From NCBI GenBank assembly GCA_963718525.1, contig OY970355.1:704001-768000 (forward strand): DNA of 64,000 nt, written 5' to 3'. Shown piece by piece: positions 30,754 through 40,225 of the stretch; position 1 is the stretch's first letter; each line of letters begins with the position of its first letter. The notes below the pieces were generated by a model that saw nothing but the letters and a program-made list of their open reading frames with translations, did no database searches and was not told the origin of the DNA. This stretch comes from Candidatus Dormiibacterota bacterium. GTDB lineage: Bacteria; Chloroflexota; Dormibacteria; Aeolococcales; Aeolococcaceae. A program made the position numbers and the translations under genes.

Positions 30754-32112
30754 CTACGCGCGTTCGACGAAGACCTCGATGGCTGGCCCGATCTGCGCGA
30801 GTAATTCCGCTGCCAACTCTTGCACCAAGCGTTCCAGCTCGACGCTGCCAACGGCGGCACGCCGTTCTGGAGGTTGCCACATGTACGGAACATCAAGGAC
30901 ATCCACACGGCCAACTGTCACGAGGGTTCGGACGATGGCTTCGCCGGCCTCCGTCATCTCGACGGCGCGGCTGGCACGAAGTTGAAGGTTGCGTCTTTGC
31001 GGGCTCGGCATGAGTTGAGTACACCTCTGCCAACGAAAGGGAATCACAGGAGCACCGATGTAATCTCGCGTGCGCAAAGTGTTGTTGGTTAGCTTGTCGT
31101 CGACCGCGTCGATCTCGAGGTAGCCTCCGATGACACCCAGGGCATCATTGATAGGGCTACAAAGCCGTCGGAACCTCTCGACGGTCTCCTCAATCTGGCT
31201 CATGCGCCGGCCCAAGAGGTCACTCGCTGCGAGCTCTGCCTCGTTCTTTGCGCGAAACCGCGCCGCCAGCTCACTGACATCGGGGACCGAGCTTTCATTG
31301 GAGAGGAGCTGCCAGGCTGCGAGATCGCGCGAAACCTGTTCCATTGATGGGCGAGCCACTGGGTCGGTCCTCGTCATTCCATCGATGAGCCGATCCAGAG
31401 CATCGGCATTCGGATGCGGACGGAGTTCCTCGATAGTGAATCTCCGATCGCTAGCGGCCTGATGTCCATCGGGCGGGAATCGCTGTTCTGTGGCCAGCAC
31501 CCACAGTGTCTTGCTTAGCGAGTACACATCCGCCGGATGAGGGTCCGCGTTGGCTGGATCCCTCACGAGCTCGTAGGCGGTGAAATGCGCCGGCCCCAAC
31601 GGACGGTCGTGCCGCGTGAGCTCCGCCATGTCTGGAAGATGAATGATGCCGAAGTCACCGACCAACGGTCTGCTGTCGACCACGTATACGTTTTCAGGTT
31701 TGATATCTCTATGGGCTACGCCATAAGACGCCTTCAGGCGTGTGAGGGTCAGGGCGATCTCCTCGATCGCAGCGACGACGGCGTTGAGAGGCTGGCCAGC
31801 TAGAGCCTGATTTATTGGGGTAGCGATAGGCATCGCAAGCCACGCCCGATCCTCCGCCGTCGGATTCTCGGGTAGATACGCATCCAGTAGAGGCAAGATG
31901 CCTGTCGTGTCCCCGAGCTTTTGGAGGAACGCCACTTCTCGAATGAATCGACGGTACGGCTCCTTGTCGACATGAGTCGCATGCAGCACCTTGAGCGCGA
32001 CCGGAGTCGCATTTCCCGGTCGAGTTGCGGACCAGACGGTCGCGTTACCGCCTTCGCCGAGCTTCGGGCCTCGGAGCCATGGACCGATTGTCTTTGGTGT
32101 CTCGTCGCCCAT
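30754..32112 (-). CDS. Hanks-type Ser/Thr protein kinase, cytoplasmic
   Basis: LGEGGNATVW, VALKVL, HRDIKPEN, DFG and DVYSL motifs. Confidence 0.92.
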   Translation of the reverse strand: MGDETPKTIGPWLRGPKLGEGGNATVWSATRPGNATPVALKVLHATHVDKEPYRRFIREVAFLQKLGDTTGILPLLDAYLPENPTAEDRAWLAMPIATPINQALAGQPLNAVVAAIEEIALTLTRLKASYGVAHRDIKPENVYVVDSRPLVGDFGIIHLPDMAELTRHDRPLGPAHFTAYELVRDPANADPHPADVYSLSKTLWVLATEQRFPPDGHQAASDRRFTIEELRPHPNADALDRLIDGMTRTDPVARPSMEQVSRDLAAWQLLSNESSVPDVSELAARFRAKNEAELAASDLLGRRMSQIEETVERFRRLCSPINDALGVIGGYLEIDAVDDKLTNNTLRTRDYIGAPVIPFRWQRCTQLMPSPQRRNLQLRASRAVEMTEAGEAIVRTLVTVGRVDVLDVPYMWQPPERRAAVGSVELERLVQELAAELLAQIGPAIEVFVERA

Positions 32113-32221
32113 TCTCAGTAGCCAATCGCAGCTTACGCGCCTACCCGTCCGTAACAGGAGCGGCCATTTTTCGGTGGAGGCACGGACCAGTCTCTCATCT
32201 TCTTTGACGAGTTCGCGTTTA

Positions 32222-33076
32222 CTATCCCGGCCACAGCGCATCCTTGACCGATGAAGCAAACGGAATGACACAGGAGGCAAGGAAGTCTGGTAGGTGCTCT
32301 TGCTGGACAAAGTCAATAGCAAAGCGACCAGTGAGCGAGGTTGACTTGAGCTCCCGCTCCAGCGTAATGAATGGCACCCGCTCAGGCACCACGGGATCGC
32401 GATGGACATCGACGATCCAAAGCGGTGACGGCACGACCACCATTGGGAAGTAAAGGCTTGCGTGTGCGTACTGTCCGCCAGTAGCTTCGACGGGCATTCC
32501 TGGTTTCATCGGTCCCATCGTGTACTTGTGGCTCTTCTGAAAGTCGCGCAGAGCCTTCGCCAATGGATAGACGAGAGATGTGAACACTGAGTTGTTATCA
32601 GCAGCCCACTCCTTCCCACGACGATTGAGGCGCACGATCTGAACGGCCTTCAACTCCTTCTGGAACTGGTAATGGTGCGCTGACAAGCCGAAGTGTCGGA
32701 AAGGAGGTGTCTCAGTGTATCCAGTGCCATGAGGGACCTGAACAAACCGCATGGGAAACTGATACTCGCTTGGACTCCGTTCAAGGTCGGCCACGCTCTT
32801 TCGACGAGCAAGGAACACAAAGGGATTCGACGTGTTCTTGCACTCGCACAGCAGCTGCACATATATGGCTCGGCGCCGAGCCTCATCGTGAAGCGACCGC
32901 CAGAAGCCATGCACGTCGATCTCACGCGACGTGCCCTCCTCAGGATCTGTGAACGCCCGCCCCGTTTTGGCATAGAACCCGGCCGCCTCGAAGGCCGTCG
33001 CGACCTCTTGCTCCAAGAGGAACCCCGAAGCGCTCAGGGCGTCGACTATCTGGCTTTCGGTGGGCTCGTCGGACAT
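32222..33076 (-). CDS. Hypothetical PD-(D/E)XK nuclease-like protein
   Basis: SGFLLEQEV...REIDV...CECK spacing. Confidence 0.6.
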   Translation of the reverse strand: MSDEPTESQIVDALSASGFLLEQEVATAFEAAGFYAKTGRAFTDPEEGTSREIDVHGFWRSLHDEARRRAIYVQLLCECKNTSNPFVFLARRKSVADLERSPSEYQFPMRFVQVPHGTGYTETPPFRHFGLSAHHYQFQKELKAVQIVRLNRRGKEWAADNNSVFTSLVYPLAKALRDFQKSHKYTMGPMKPGMPVEATGGQYAHASLYFPMVVVPSPLWIVDVHRDPVVPERVPFITLERELKSTSLTGRFAIDFVQQEHLPDFLASCVIPFASSVKDALWPG

Positions 33077-33363
33077 CAGGCTGCAATGTAGTCCGAGCGG
33101 GCCGCTCTTCGTGCAGGAGGTACCTCGACACCTCGGGTAACCAAGGGCGTAGTTGCCTTGGTCGGGGGGGATTAAGCCCTACCGCCACAGCGCGTCCATT
33201 GTGGTCACGGCGCTCGATCAGTTCCCAAAGAGCTTGTTCCACTCACACACCGAGCCCTCGGCAAGCGCCGCATCGGACACCCCTGCGCCGAGGGCCGAAG
33301 GTCGCCGAGACTTCGGGTATGGCTTCCGGGTTGGGGCTGAAAAGGCGACCACATGCCACTCTC

Positions 33364-34098
33364 TCAAGCTGCGGCCGCGCGAACGCTGTCCAGGATTCCG
33401 ACAAGCTGGTCAATCTCCTGTTCTGAGAACAGGTCTTCCGGCCCGTGCGGAGCGAGATCTGTAAATGGGGCCTCGTAGAGAAGCGCAGCACCCATCACAC
33501 CGCGCTGAGTCAGGTGGTTGACGATCATATCTACGAACTCGATCTGATTAGCCGTCATCATCTTTCCGGACAAGAAGTCGGCAAACGCCTCCTTGGCCGC
33601 TCCCCGATCAAGCCCTATCAGCGAGCGTACGAACAATCCGAGGCCTTGGTTCTCCTCCTTGGCCTTGGCGATCGCTTCGGCGTCACCGATGCCGTGATCG
33701 GTGAACATGGCTTCGAGGGAATCCAGATCGGTCGCTGTCAGTGGCTTATTCATCCGCAAGCGATGGACCGCGATGTTGTCCTGGTGGTCTCGTAGGAAGG
33801 CTCTTGCCTTTGCTTGGAAGCGCTCGAATGACACGGCGGGGACCACGCCAATCAAGTCGTACTCGGTTTCCGGGCCTATCTCATCTTCGAAATCGGAGTA
33901 GAGCAAAGAGCGCTGACTCTTTTCGATGAAACGCACTAGCAACCGCAGCTTCTTGCGGACCTGCTCGAGCATTGCCACGGTGACGTCTTCCCACCACTCC
34001 GGGGATTGCAAGTCCTCAAGCAGGACGAGTTGCTCCTTGACCATCGGGATGGTCGATAGCCCTTCGAGAAGACCGGCGATCTCCTGCACCTGGCTCTT
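33364..34098 (-). pseudogene. hsdR: 3' remnant of type I restriction enzyme R subunit (EcoEI R C-terminal domain)
   Basis: EWWEDVT..MLE.VR.KLR.L, GLGLFVRSLIGLDR, NQIEFVDMIV and LYEAPFT; 5' part replaced by IS110 sequence. Confidence 0.85.
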
Positions 34099-34099
34099 C

Positions 34100-34727
34100 C
34101 CGGCCGCGGCGGTGTCATGGCACGGCTGCGTGCCCTCCACGGCCTCTCTACCGCACCCAGCTGTACCGACCACTCACCAGCCGAGGCAGAGCTTGTCGCC
34201 TGGGCACTCGAGCTGAGATGCGAGATCCTCGGCTTCGAATCGCTGATCAAGCAGCTCGAAGCGCGTTTGCCACAACTGCTGGCCGAGCGCGGCTCAACAC
34301 TGACCCAGGAGTTCGGGATTGGCGTCGTGTCCGCAGCAGAGTTGGTGGCTCAAGTCGGGGACGCTCGTCGATTTCGCAGCGAGAGCGCGTTCGCCCGCTG
34401 GTGTGGCGTTGCACCGGTCGCCGTCTCGAGTGGCGAAGGCGCAGGGCAGCCTCGTCGACACCGACTCGACCTTCTCGGCAATCGCGCGGTCAACCGGATC
34501 CTCTACACGATGTCGGTGACCCAGGCGAGTCACCACCCACCTGGACGCGAGTTCCTGCAACGCAAGCGGCATGAAGGCAAGTCGTTGAAGGAGGCTCGAC
34601 GAGCTCACAAGCGACTGCTCGCCAACCGTGTCATCCGTCGAATGTGGGCGGACACGCGGAATACGCGCCGAACCACTTCCGTCTGCATAGCCGTGGGCCT
34701 GACTGCTGTCGCTTGACAAAGGAGCCT
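34100..34727 (+). mobile_element. IS110-family transposase 3' fragment and right end
   Basis: GIGVVSAA, FRSESAFA..CGVAP..SSG, RHRL..GNR and A.RA.KR motifs; DEDD N-domain missing; TTGACA at 34713. Confidence 0.85.
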
Positions 34728-35241
34728 CGCAACGTGGCCAGCGCCGTGCCCAAGCTGCACGCGCCGGCGGTGCTCGCGGTCGTGAAGTCGATCTTTCTGC
34801 AGCCAACTCGTGAGACCGCCCGCGACGCCGTGCACCACGCCCTCAGCGTGCTCGAGCCACGCTTTCCGACAGTGGCAGCCAAGCTCCGTGCGGCTGAAGC
34901 CGACGTGCTCGCGTACTTGGACTTTCCGGTCGACCACTGGCGCTCGATCTCCTCGACCAATGCCATCGAGCGGGTCAATGCGGAGCTCGACCGCCGCGCC
35001 AAGGTGGTGGGCATCTTCCCCAACACCGACTCGCTGCTCCGGCTGTTCACCGCAGTGCTCCAGGACCAGCACGACGAGTGGCAGGACGGACGCCGTCACT
35101 TCAGTCAGCAGTCGATGGCTCGCGTAATGCACCCCGACGGCCCGCCGCTGCTCACCAATCCGCTCACGGAGGGACTTGTCGCGTAGCTCACCGACGTTGC
35201 GAGAACTCCACCGAATTCACACCACTACCGGGGACTTGACC
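34728..35241 (+). mobile_element. IS256-family 3' fragment with right terminal repeat
   Basis: Near-identical to the 3' part of the 37795-39191 element; ends ...GGGACTTGACC. Confidence 0.92.
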
Positions 35242-35308
35242 GGGAGGAGGTTCGTTAGAGAGCGAGCGCTTGCGTTCTCACCTGCGTGGTCGCAAACAAA
35301 GAGCAACC

Positions 35309-35412
35309 ACTTGCAGCATTAATGAGCGCAGGAAAACCTACTTGCAGCATTTCTGCACCCACTTGCAGCATTTGTGATCGTTGAATACTTGCATCATTAA
35401 TGAGCGCTAACA
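35309..35412 (-). repeat. Four direct repeats ending at a TGT terminus; putative Tn7/Tn402/Mu-class transposon end
   Basis: ACTTGCAKCATT at 35309, 35340, 35361 and 35387 (two extend to AATGAGCGC); the minus strand reads TGTTAGCGCTCATTAATGATGCAAGT from 35412. Confidence 0.65.
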
Positions 35413-35413
35413 A

Positions 35414-35670
35414 TCAGCCACAACGGTTCGTAGCTCCGCAGCTGTGGCACATGTAACCGGCGCCGCTGCGCACCATGAGGCTGCCGCAATCGCTGCACGT
35501 TGGCGCGTTCCTCCTGGTTGATGAATGCACCGGAGCTGATCGTGGAAATCGGAGCGACCGGCCTGCGACGGTGGCTGCAGGAGCGGTCGCAACCGCCGAC
35601 GCGGCTGATCGTTCGAGCCTTCCGTGGCCATGCGCAGGAAGTACTCGCCAGGAGTGTCGTCCCTCGTACA
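35414..35670 (-). pseudogene. nrdJ: Degenerate, internally deleted copy of the nrdJ 3' end
   Basis: Aligns to 52956-53020 and ~53310-53489; by hand, 16 mismatches plus 1 indel over the last 114 nt. Confidence 0.85.
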
Positions 35671-36277
35671 GGACGCGCTTCCAGACCCAGCGAAATGGAT
35701 GCGTAACGCGTCAGCCGATAGATTCGGCTCGCGTCTCCGCAACGGTATTTCTTGTTCGCGCGGGCATGCGTGCCTAAACAATGCACGCGCACGCGTCGGC
35801 GACCCTTCCCTCGCTAGGGAATGCGACAGGGTGTACCTCCGTCGCATGGAAAGGCGCGATGGATCTTATCGGACCCAGCGCCGGTGGCTCCGACACCCTG
35901 GCGTTCTCAAGACCCCTCCGGAGAAGCGTCCGGTAGCGCCGCCCGACACGAGGATCGCCCAGCCCCTGCGACACGGGATCCGCTCAGCGGCTGCGTTCAT
36001 CTAGTCGGAAAGCGGGCCCGACTCGAAGCGAGGTACGAGCTCGGTGATTGGCTGAGCCAGAGTTTTCCAATCTAAAGCCAGCGCCTGCACAGCGGGCTCG
36101 CTGAACTCCGTCGGGTAGGCTGACGCCAACAACCCCGCTCGTGTGCAGCGACTGACCGATGCGACGCGACCGCGAGGGACTCGAGCGCCGACAGTGCTTG
36201 TGGTTGCATGGCTGCCTTGACCCAGCGGCCACACCAATTGCTCCCCCTGTGCGATCGGCAAGCGGCGGCTAAGCCGG

Positions 36278-37411
36278 CTACGCCAGGGCGCCTACCGGCG
36301 GGTTGGGTGAGATCTTTTTGGGGCTCGTGAACCCGGTCGAGAGCAACCAGGTCGCCCCAACCGGGAAGTCGTTCTCCGACGCGACAAGACGATCGTCAGC
36401 GAGCCACTCCTCCGGAGCGAAATCCCGCAGGGTGGAAACGGCAGCGTCGGTGCTCAAATCCACGACCGTGGTCACGTAGTAACCGGAGGGGGAGCCGAGG
36501 ACCCCCACGTACGCGCCATACGCCAGGTAGCGTCCGTCGCCGGACACGCTCACAGCCCCGTACTCTGCGTTTGCAGGTTGCATGGTCAGCGTCTCGGTGC
36601 CCGAACTGCGCACCACCTTCAGGCTCGACGAGCCCACCTGAGTGACGCATACCGAGCCGGACTGGTTGAATACGGTGCATTTCTGAGGCTGCGTGAGCGC
36701 CCGCGTGGTGAGATCGAATGTGGCTGGGTTGAAACCAACGTAGGTGAGGAACGGTCCCGCCCCACCGAGCCCTTTGGGCATCTCCGAAACCGAGATACCA
36801 GTGGTGCTCCATCCGAAGGGCATCAGCACCTCGCCACCGTTGTCGCTGTTGTTGGCGTCGTCATAGACCATGGTCGCGGATAGGGCGGTGCCGCCCAGAG
36901 GCTCGGTCCAGAGCTGTGAGTGGTCGGTGGTCGCGCCGTTGTCGCCGGTGATGGCAAGGGGGAGGCCGAATACGAGCGTTGTCTCGTCGGGGGACACGGC
37001 AAACGCGGTGTCCCCCCGGAGATCGATCGCGGTGACCGTAGTGCTCACCTGGGGCACCTGGCCAACGTCGGTGACGGTGCCGTCGCGTCCGATCGCCTTC
37101 ACGGCGGTGCCGTCGATGAAGTAGACATGATCGGTTCCGACGTAGTACGCGTCGCCGTCGGCTCCCCCGGGGTCGTCGACCGTGGCGGCGACGCTGCCGT
37201 CCTCACCGACCAGGGTGAGCTGCACAGCGCTCCCGGTCCTCAGTGCGGTCACCACCAGCGGCGGAGGCGGCGCGGGAGTGGGTGATGGAGTCGGCACCGG
37301 CGTTGCGGTCTGCGCAAGGGTTGGCCGCGCAGTCGGTGTGACCGGACTCGATCCACAAGCTGCGAGGCCAAGAGCTGCGAATGCAGTGCCGATGATGGTT
37401 ATGCGTTTCAT
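36278..37411 (-). CDS. Lipoprotein with Pro/Thr linker and probable beta-propeller domain
   Basis: MKRI...LAAC lipobox; AVSPDE and SVSGDGRYLAY WD40/TolB-like blades. Confidence 0.75.
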   Translation of the reverse strand: MKRITIIGTAFAALGLAACGSSPVTPTARPTLAQTATPVPTPSPTPAPPPPLVVTALRTGSAVQLTLVGEDGSVAATVDDPGGADGDAYYVGTDHVYFIDGTAVKAIGRDGTVTDVGQVPQVSTTVTAIDLRGDTAFAVSPDETTLVFGLPLAITGDNGATTDHSQLWTEPLGGTALSATMVYDDANNSDNGGEVLMPFGWSTTGISVSEMPKGLGGAGPFLTYVGFNPATFDLTTRALTQPQKCTVFNQSGSVCVTQVGSSSLKVVRSSGTETLTMQPANAEYGAVSVSGDGRYLAYGAYVGVLGSPSGYYVTTVVDLSTDAAVSTLRDFAPEEWLADDRLVASENDFPVGATWLLSTGFTSPKKISPNPPVGALA

Positions 37412-37794
37412 GACTGCCAATTCAACGGGAACCATCATCAACGGTTACATGCGTATCAAATGCGTCGAACGCTCTCACCTTGGGATCGGGCTCAGGCGAA
37501 GCGAGGAGGCGCGTGAGGTTGTCAACGATGGCCGCGGGCGCGACGTCACTGACGTCACGCGGGGCGCTGGGTTGACCAACACGGAGACCGGCTGAATGCG
37601 CTCGGGGGAGAGGCTGCCAGATCGAATCAACTCTCGGCGTTGGGACCACGCTCCGCGCGACAGTCCGCGTCTCCCCCGCCGTGATGGTCGTGGTGAATGT
37701 CTGAGACACCCCTCGGTCTTCGGAAGCCCCCGAGGGTGTCGACCTGACTCCCCGCGGGCCAACCGAATATTGGGGAGCATGGGGACTGCCAAAA

Positions 37795-39191
37795 GGTCAA
37801 GTCCCGGGTAGTGGTGTGAATTCGGTGGAGTTCTCACAACGTCGGTGAACTAAGCGACAAGGCCCTCCGTGAGCGGGTTGGTGAGCAACGGCGGACCGTC
37901 GGGGTGGAGCAGGCGAGCCATCGACTGCTGACTGAAATGTCGGCGACCGTCCTGCCACTCGTCGTGCTGGTCCTGGAGCACGGCGGTGAACAGGCGCAAC
38001 AGGGAGTCGGTGTTGGGAAAGATGCCCACCACCTTGGCGCGGCGGTCGAGCTCGGCATTGACCCGCTCGATGGCGTTGGTCGAGGAGATCGAGCGCCAGT
38101 GGTCGACCGGGAAATCCAGGTAGGCGAGCACATCGGCCTCAGCCGCACGCAGCTTGGCTGCCACCGCGGGAAAGCGTGGCTCCAACACGGTGAGCGCATG
38201 CCCCACCGCGTCGCGGGCGGTCTCGCGCGTCGGCTGCAGGAAGATCGACTTGACCACCGCCAGCACCGCCGGCGCGTGGAGCTTGGGGACCGCGCTGGCC
38301 ACGTTGCGCAGAAAGTGCACCTTGCAGCGCTGCCACGTCGCCCCAGTGAACACCTGCGACAGCGCACTGCGCAGCCCTTCGTGGGCGTCGGAGATGACCA
38401 GCTGCACGCCGCTCAGTCCGCGTCGCGACAGGCTGCGGCAGAACTCCAGCCAGAACGCCTCGCTCTCGCTGGCGCCGACCGCAAGCCCGAGCACGCTCTT
38501 CTCGCCGCTGTCGCGCACACCCACGGCCACCACCGCCGCTTGGCTCACGATGCGCGCACCCTGACGCACCTTCTCGTAGGTCGCGTCGAACCAGACGTAC
38601 GGGTACGGCTCATCGAGGGGCCGCTCCCGGAACTCGGCGAGCTCCTCGTCGAGCAGCGCGCAGATCCGGCTCACCTCGCTGCGACTGATGCTGCAGCCAC
38701 CCAAGGCGGCCATGAGGTCGTCGACCTTGCGCGTGCTGATGCCGAGCACGTAGGCCTCTTGGACGACCGCCAGCAGCGCGCGATCGATACGTCGCCGAGG
38801 CTCGAGCAGCGACGGGAAGAAGCTGCCAGAGCGCAGCTTGGGGATCTGCAGCTCGAGGCGTCCCGAGCCGGTGTCGAGAACCCGCTCTCGGTAGCCGTTG
38901 CGGTACGTGGTGCGTGTCGATGCTCGCTCGTGTGGGCCGGCGCCGATCTGCGTGGCCGCCTCGGCTTCGATGAGCCGCTGCATGGCGTGTTCGAGGACAC
39001 GTCGCAACACGTCCGTGTCCGCGCCCTGAAGTTGACCGATCAGCGCCTGGTGCGTCATCCTGTTCTGGGCCATCGTGGGTCTCCTGGTTTGGGTTAGAGC
39101 TTCCAAGAGAACTCCGCGGTGGCCTACTTTGTCTACCTCGTCGGCAGCCCTGAGGTCACCCCGGATTTACACCACAATAAGGGACATCACT
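37795..39191 (-). mobile_element. Complete IS256-family element with 8-bp target-site duplication
   Basis: Imperfect terminal IRs GGTCAAGTCCC.../AGTGATGTCCC...; TGCCAAAA at 37787-37794 and 39192-39199. Confidence 0.95.
37850..39073 (-). CDS. IS256-family (mutator) transposase
   Basis: RNGYR, IPKLR.GSFFP, FDA, ISDAHEGL, WQRCKVHF and TNAIER motifs. Confidence 0.96.
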   Translation of the reverse strand: MAQNRMTHQALIGQLQGADTDVLRRVLEHAMQRLIEAEAATQIGAGPHERASTRTTYRNGYRERVLDTGSGRLELQIPKLRSGSFFPSLLEPRRRIDRALLAVVQEAYVLGISTRKVDDLMAALGGCSISRSEVSRICALLDEELAEFRERPLDEPYPYVWFDATYEKVRQGARIVSQAAVVAVGVRDSGEKSVLGLAVGASESEAFWLEFCRSLSRRGLSGVQLVISDAHEGLRSALSQVFTGATWQRCKVHFLRNVASAVPKLHAPAVLAVVKSIFLQPTRETARDAVGHALTVLEPRFPAVAAKLRAAEADVLAYLDFPVDHWRSISSTNAIERVNAELDRRAKVVGIFPNTDSLLRLFTAVLQDQHDEWQDGRRHFSQQSMARLLHPDGPPLLTNPLTEGLVA

Positions 39192-39345
39192 TGCCAAAAC
39201 GCGTCCACCCAGCGTCCACCAAAGCTGGGAGAGAAGCTTCGGGCGCTCTGATCGGCTGAGCCAGCGTTAGCCGTTCTACTCGGCGTTCGCGATTTGGTGT
39301 GCACATGAACCTGATTAGCACCGACTGAGCGCGCATCCCCGGTCA

Positions 39346-39638
39346 TCAGGAGCGACTAATCGCCTGCGTCCGGGTCCTCGAGTCCCTGTCGTATCCGCTC
39401 CCGCTGGTTCACCCTGGCGGATGCAGACCAGCACTACAAGCAGTCGTCGGGGGCTCGATTTCGGGAGCGGTCGCTGCAGGGTTGTTGGCCGTCGAGGTAC
39501 GGCGATGCTCGCGTCAGTGAGACGGGGTCCTGGTCTTAAGGACTCGTACGGTCATGGTTGGCAGCCCTTCATGCAGACATTGGAGCGTTTATGGTCGTCG
39601 ACCGAGCCGAAAAATCAATGCTCAGGAGCGACTAATCG
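39346..39638 (+). repeat. 17-bp perfect direct repeat near the tRNA 3' end
   Basis: TCAGGAGCGACTAATCG at 39346-39362 and 39622-39638. Confidence 0.8.
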
Positions 39639-39710
39639 GGTGATGTTTTGAGGACTTATCCACAGGTCGAAATCACCCGAAACTGCCCGAATCGAATTCA
39701 AAATTCGGGT

Positions 39711-39785
39711 TGGCTGGGGAGGGAGGATTCGAACCTCCGATTGGCTGATCCAGAATCAGCTGCCTTACCACTTGGCCACTCCCCA
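39711..39785 (-). tRNA. tRNA-Gln (anticodon CTG)
   Basis: TGGGGAG acceptor stem, GCTGA-TTCTGGA-TCAGC anticodon arm, GGTTCGAATCC T-arm, encoded CCA. Confidence 0.97.
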
Positions 39786-39863
39786 GCGGAGGCCATCGAG
39801 TGTACCGGACGCCCCCCGGGCCTCCTGTTTGCCGCCCTGGCACGCGGCATATACTGGGCAGTG

Positions 39864-40184
39864 ATGGATCTCCTCGAGCTGCTCCGCTTTCAAGCCCGGC
39901 GCTATCGCTGCTCGGCGTGTGGCGAGAACATGGCCGACTGCGGGATCAACGTACTTGCACAGCAGGGCAATCGCGCCCTGGTCCGCGTTACCTGCGCGTC
40001 GTGCAATGACGAGAACCTTCTCCAGATCATCTTCCAGACAGAGGCCGAGGAGAACAAGGTCCCAGCCATCGATGAGGGCGTCCCGGACGTCGCAGACCCC
40101 ATCACCGGTGACGAGATGCTCGAGCTCCACTCCCTGCTCTCCTCGCACGAAGGCGCCCTCACCGAGCTGCTCGTCAAGCGCTGA
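39864..40184 (+). CDS. Small Zn-ribbon protein
   Basis: CSAC and CASC pairs; strong GC3 bias. Confidence 0.75.
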   Translation: MDLLELLRFQARRYRCSACGENMADCGINVLAQQGNRALVRVTCASCNDENLLQIIFQTEAEENKVPAIDEGVPDVADPITGDEMLELHSLLSSHEGALTELLVKR

Positions 40185-40225
40185 CCGCGACCTCCGCGGA
40201 GGCTCGTGCGACACTTGCCCGCCGT

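Noticed and set aside
35309-35407. CRISPR array
   Set aside because: Repeats are only 12-21 bp with short irregular gaps and no cas genes
35414-35530. DGR template/variable repeat pair with the nrdJ 3' end
   Set aside because: Only 7 of 16 mismatches are at nrdJ adenines, indels are present, and there is no reverse transcriptase in the window
39656-39664. Replication origin suggested by DnaA box TTATCCACA
   Set aside because: Single box with no cluster, no AT-rich unwinding element and no dnaA
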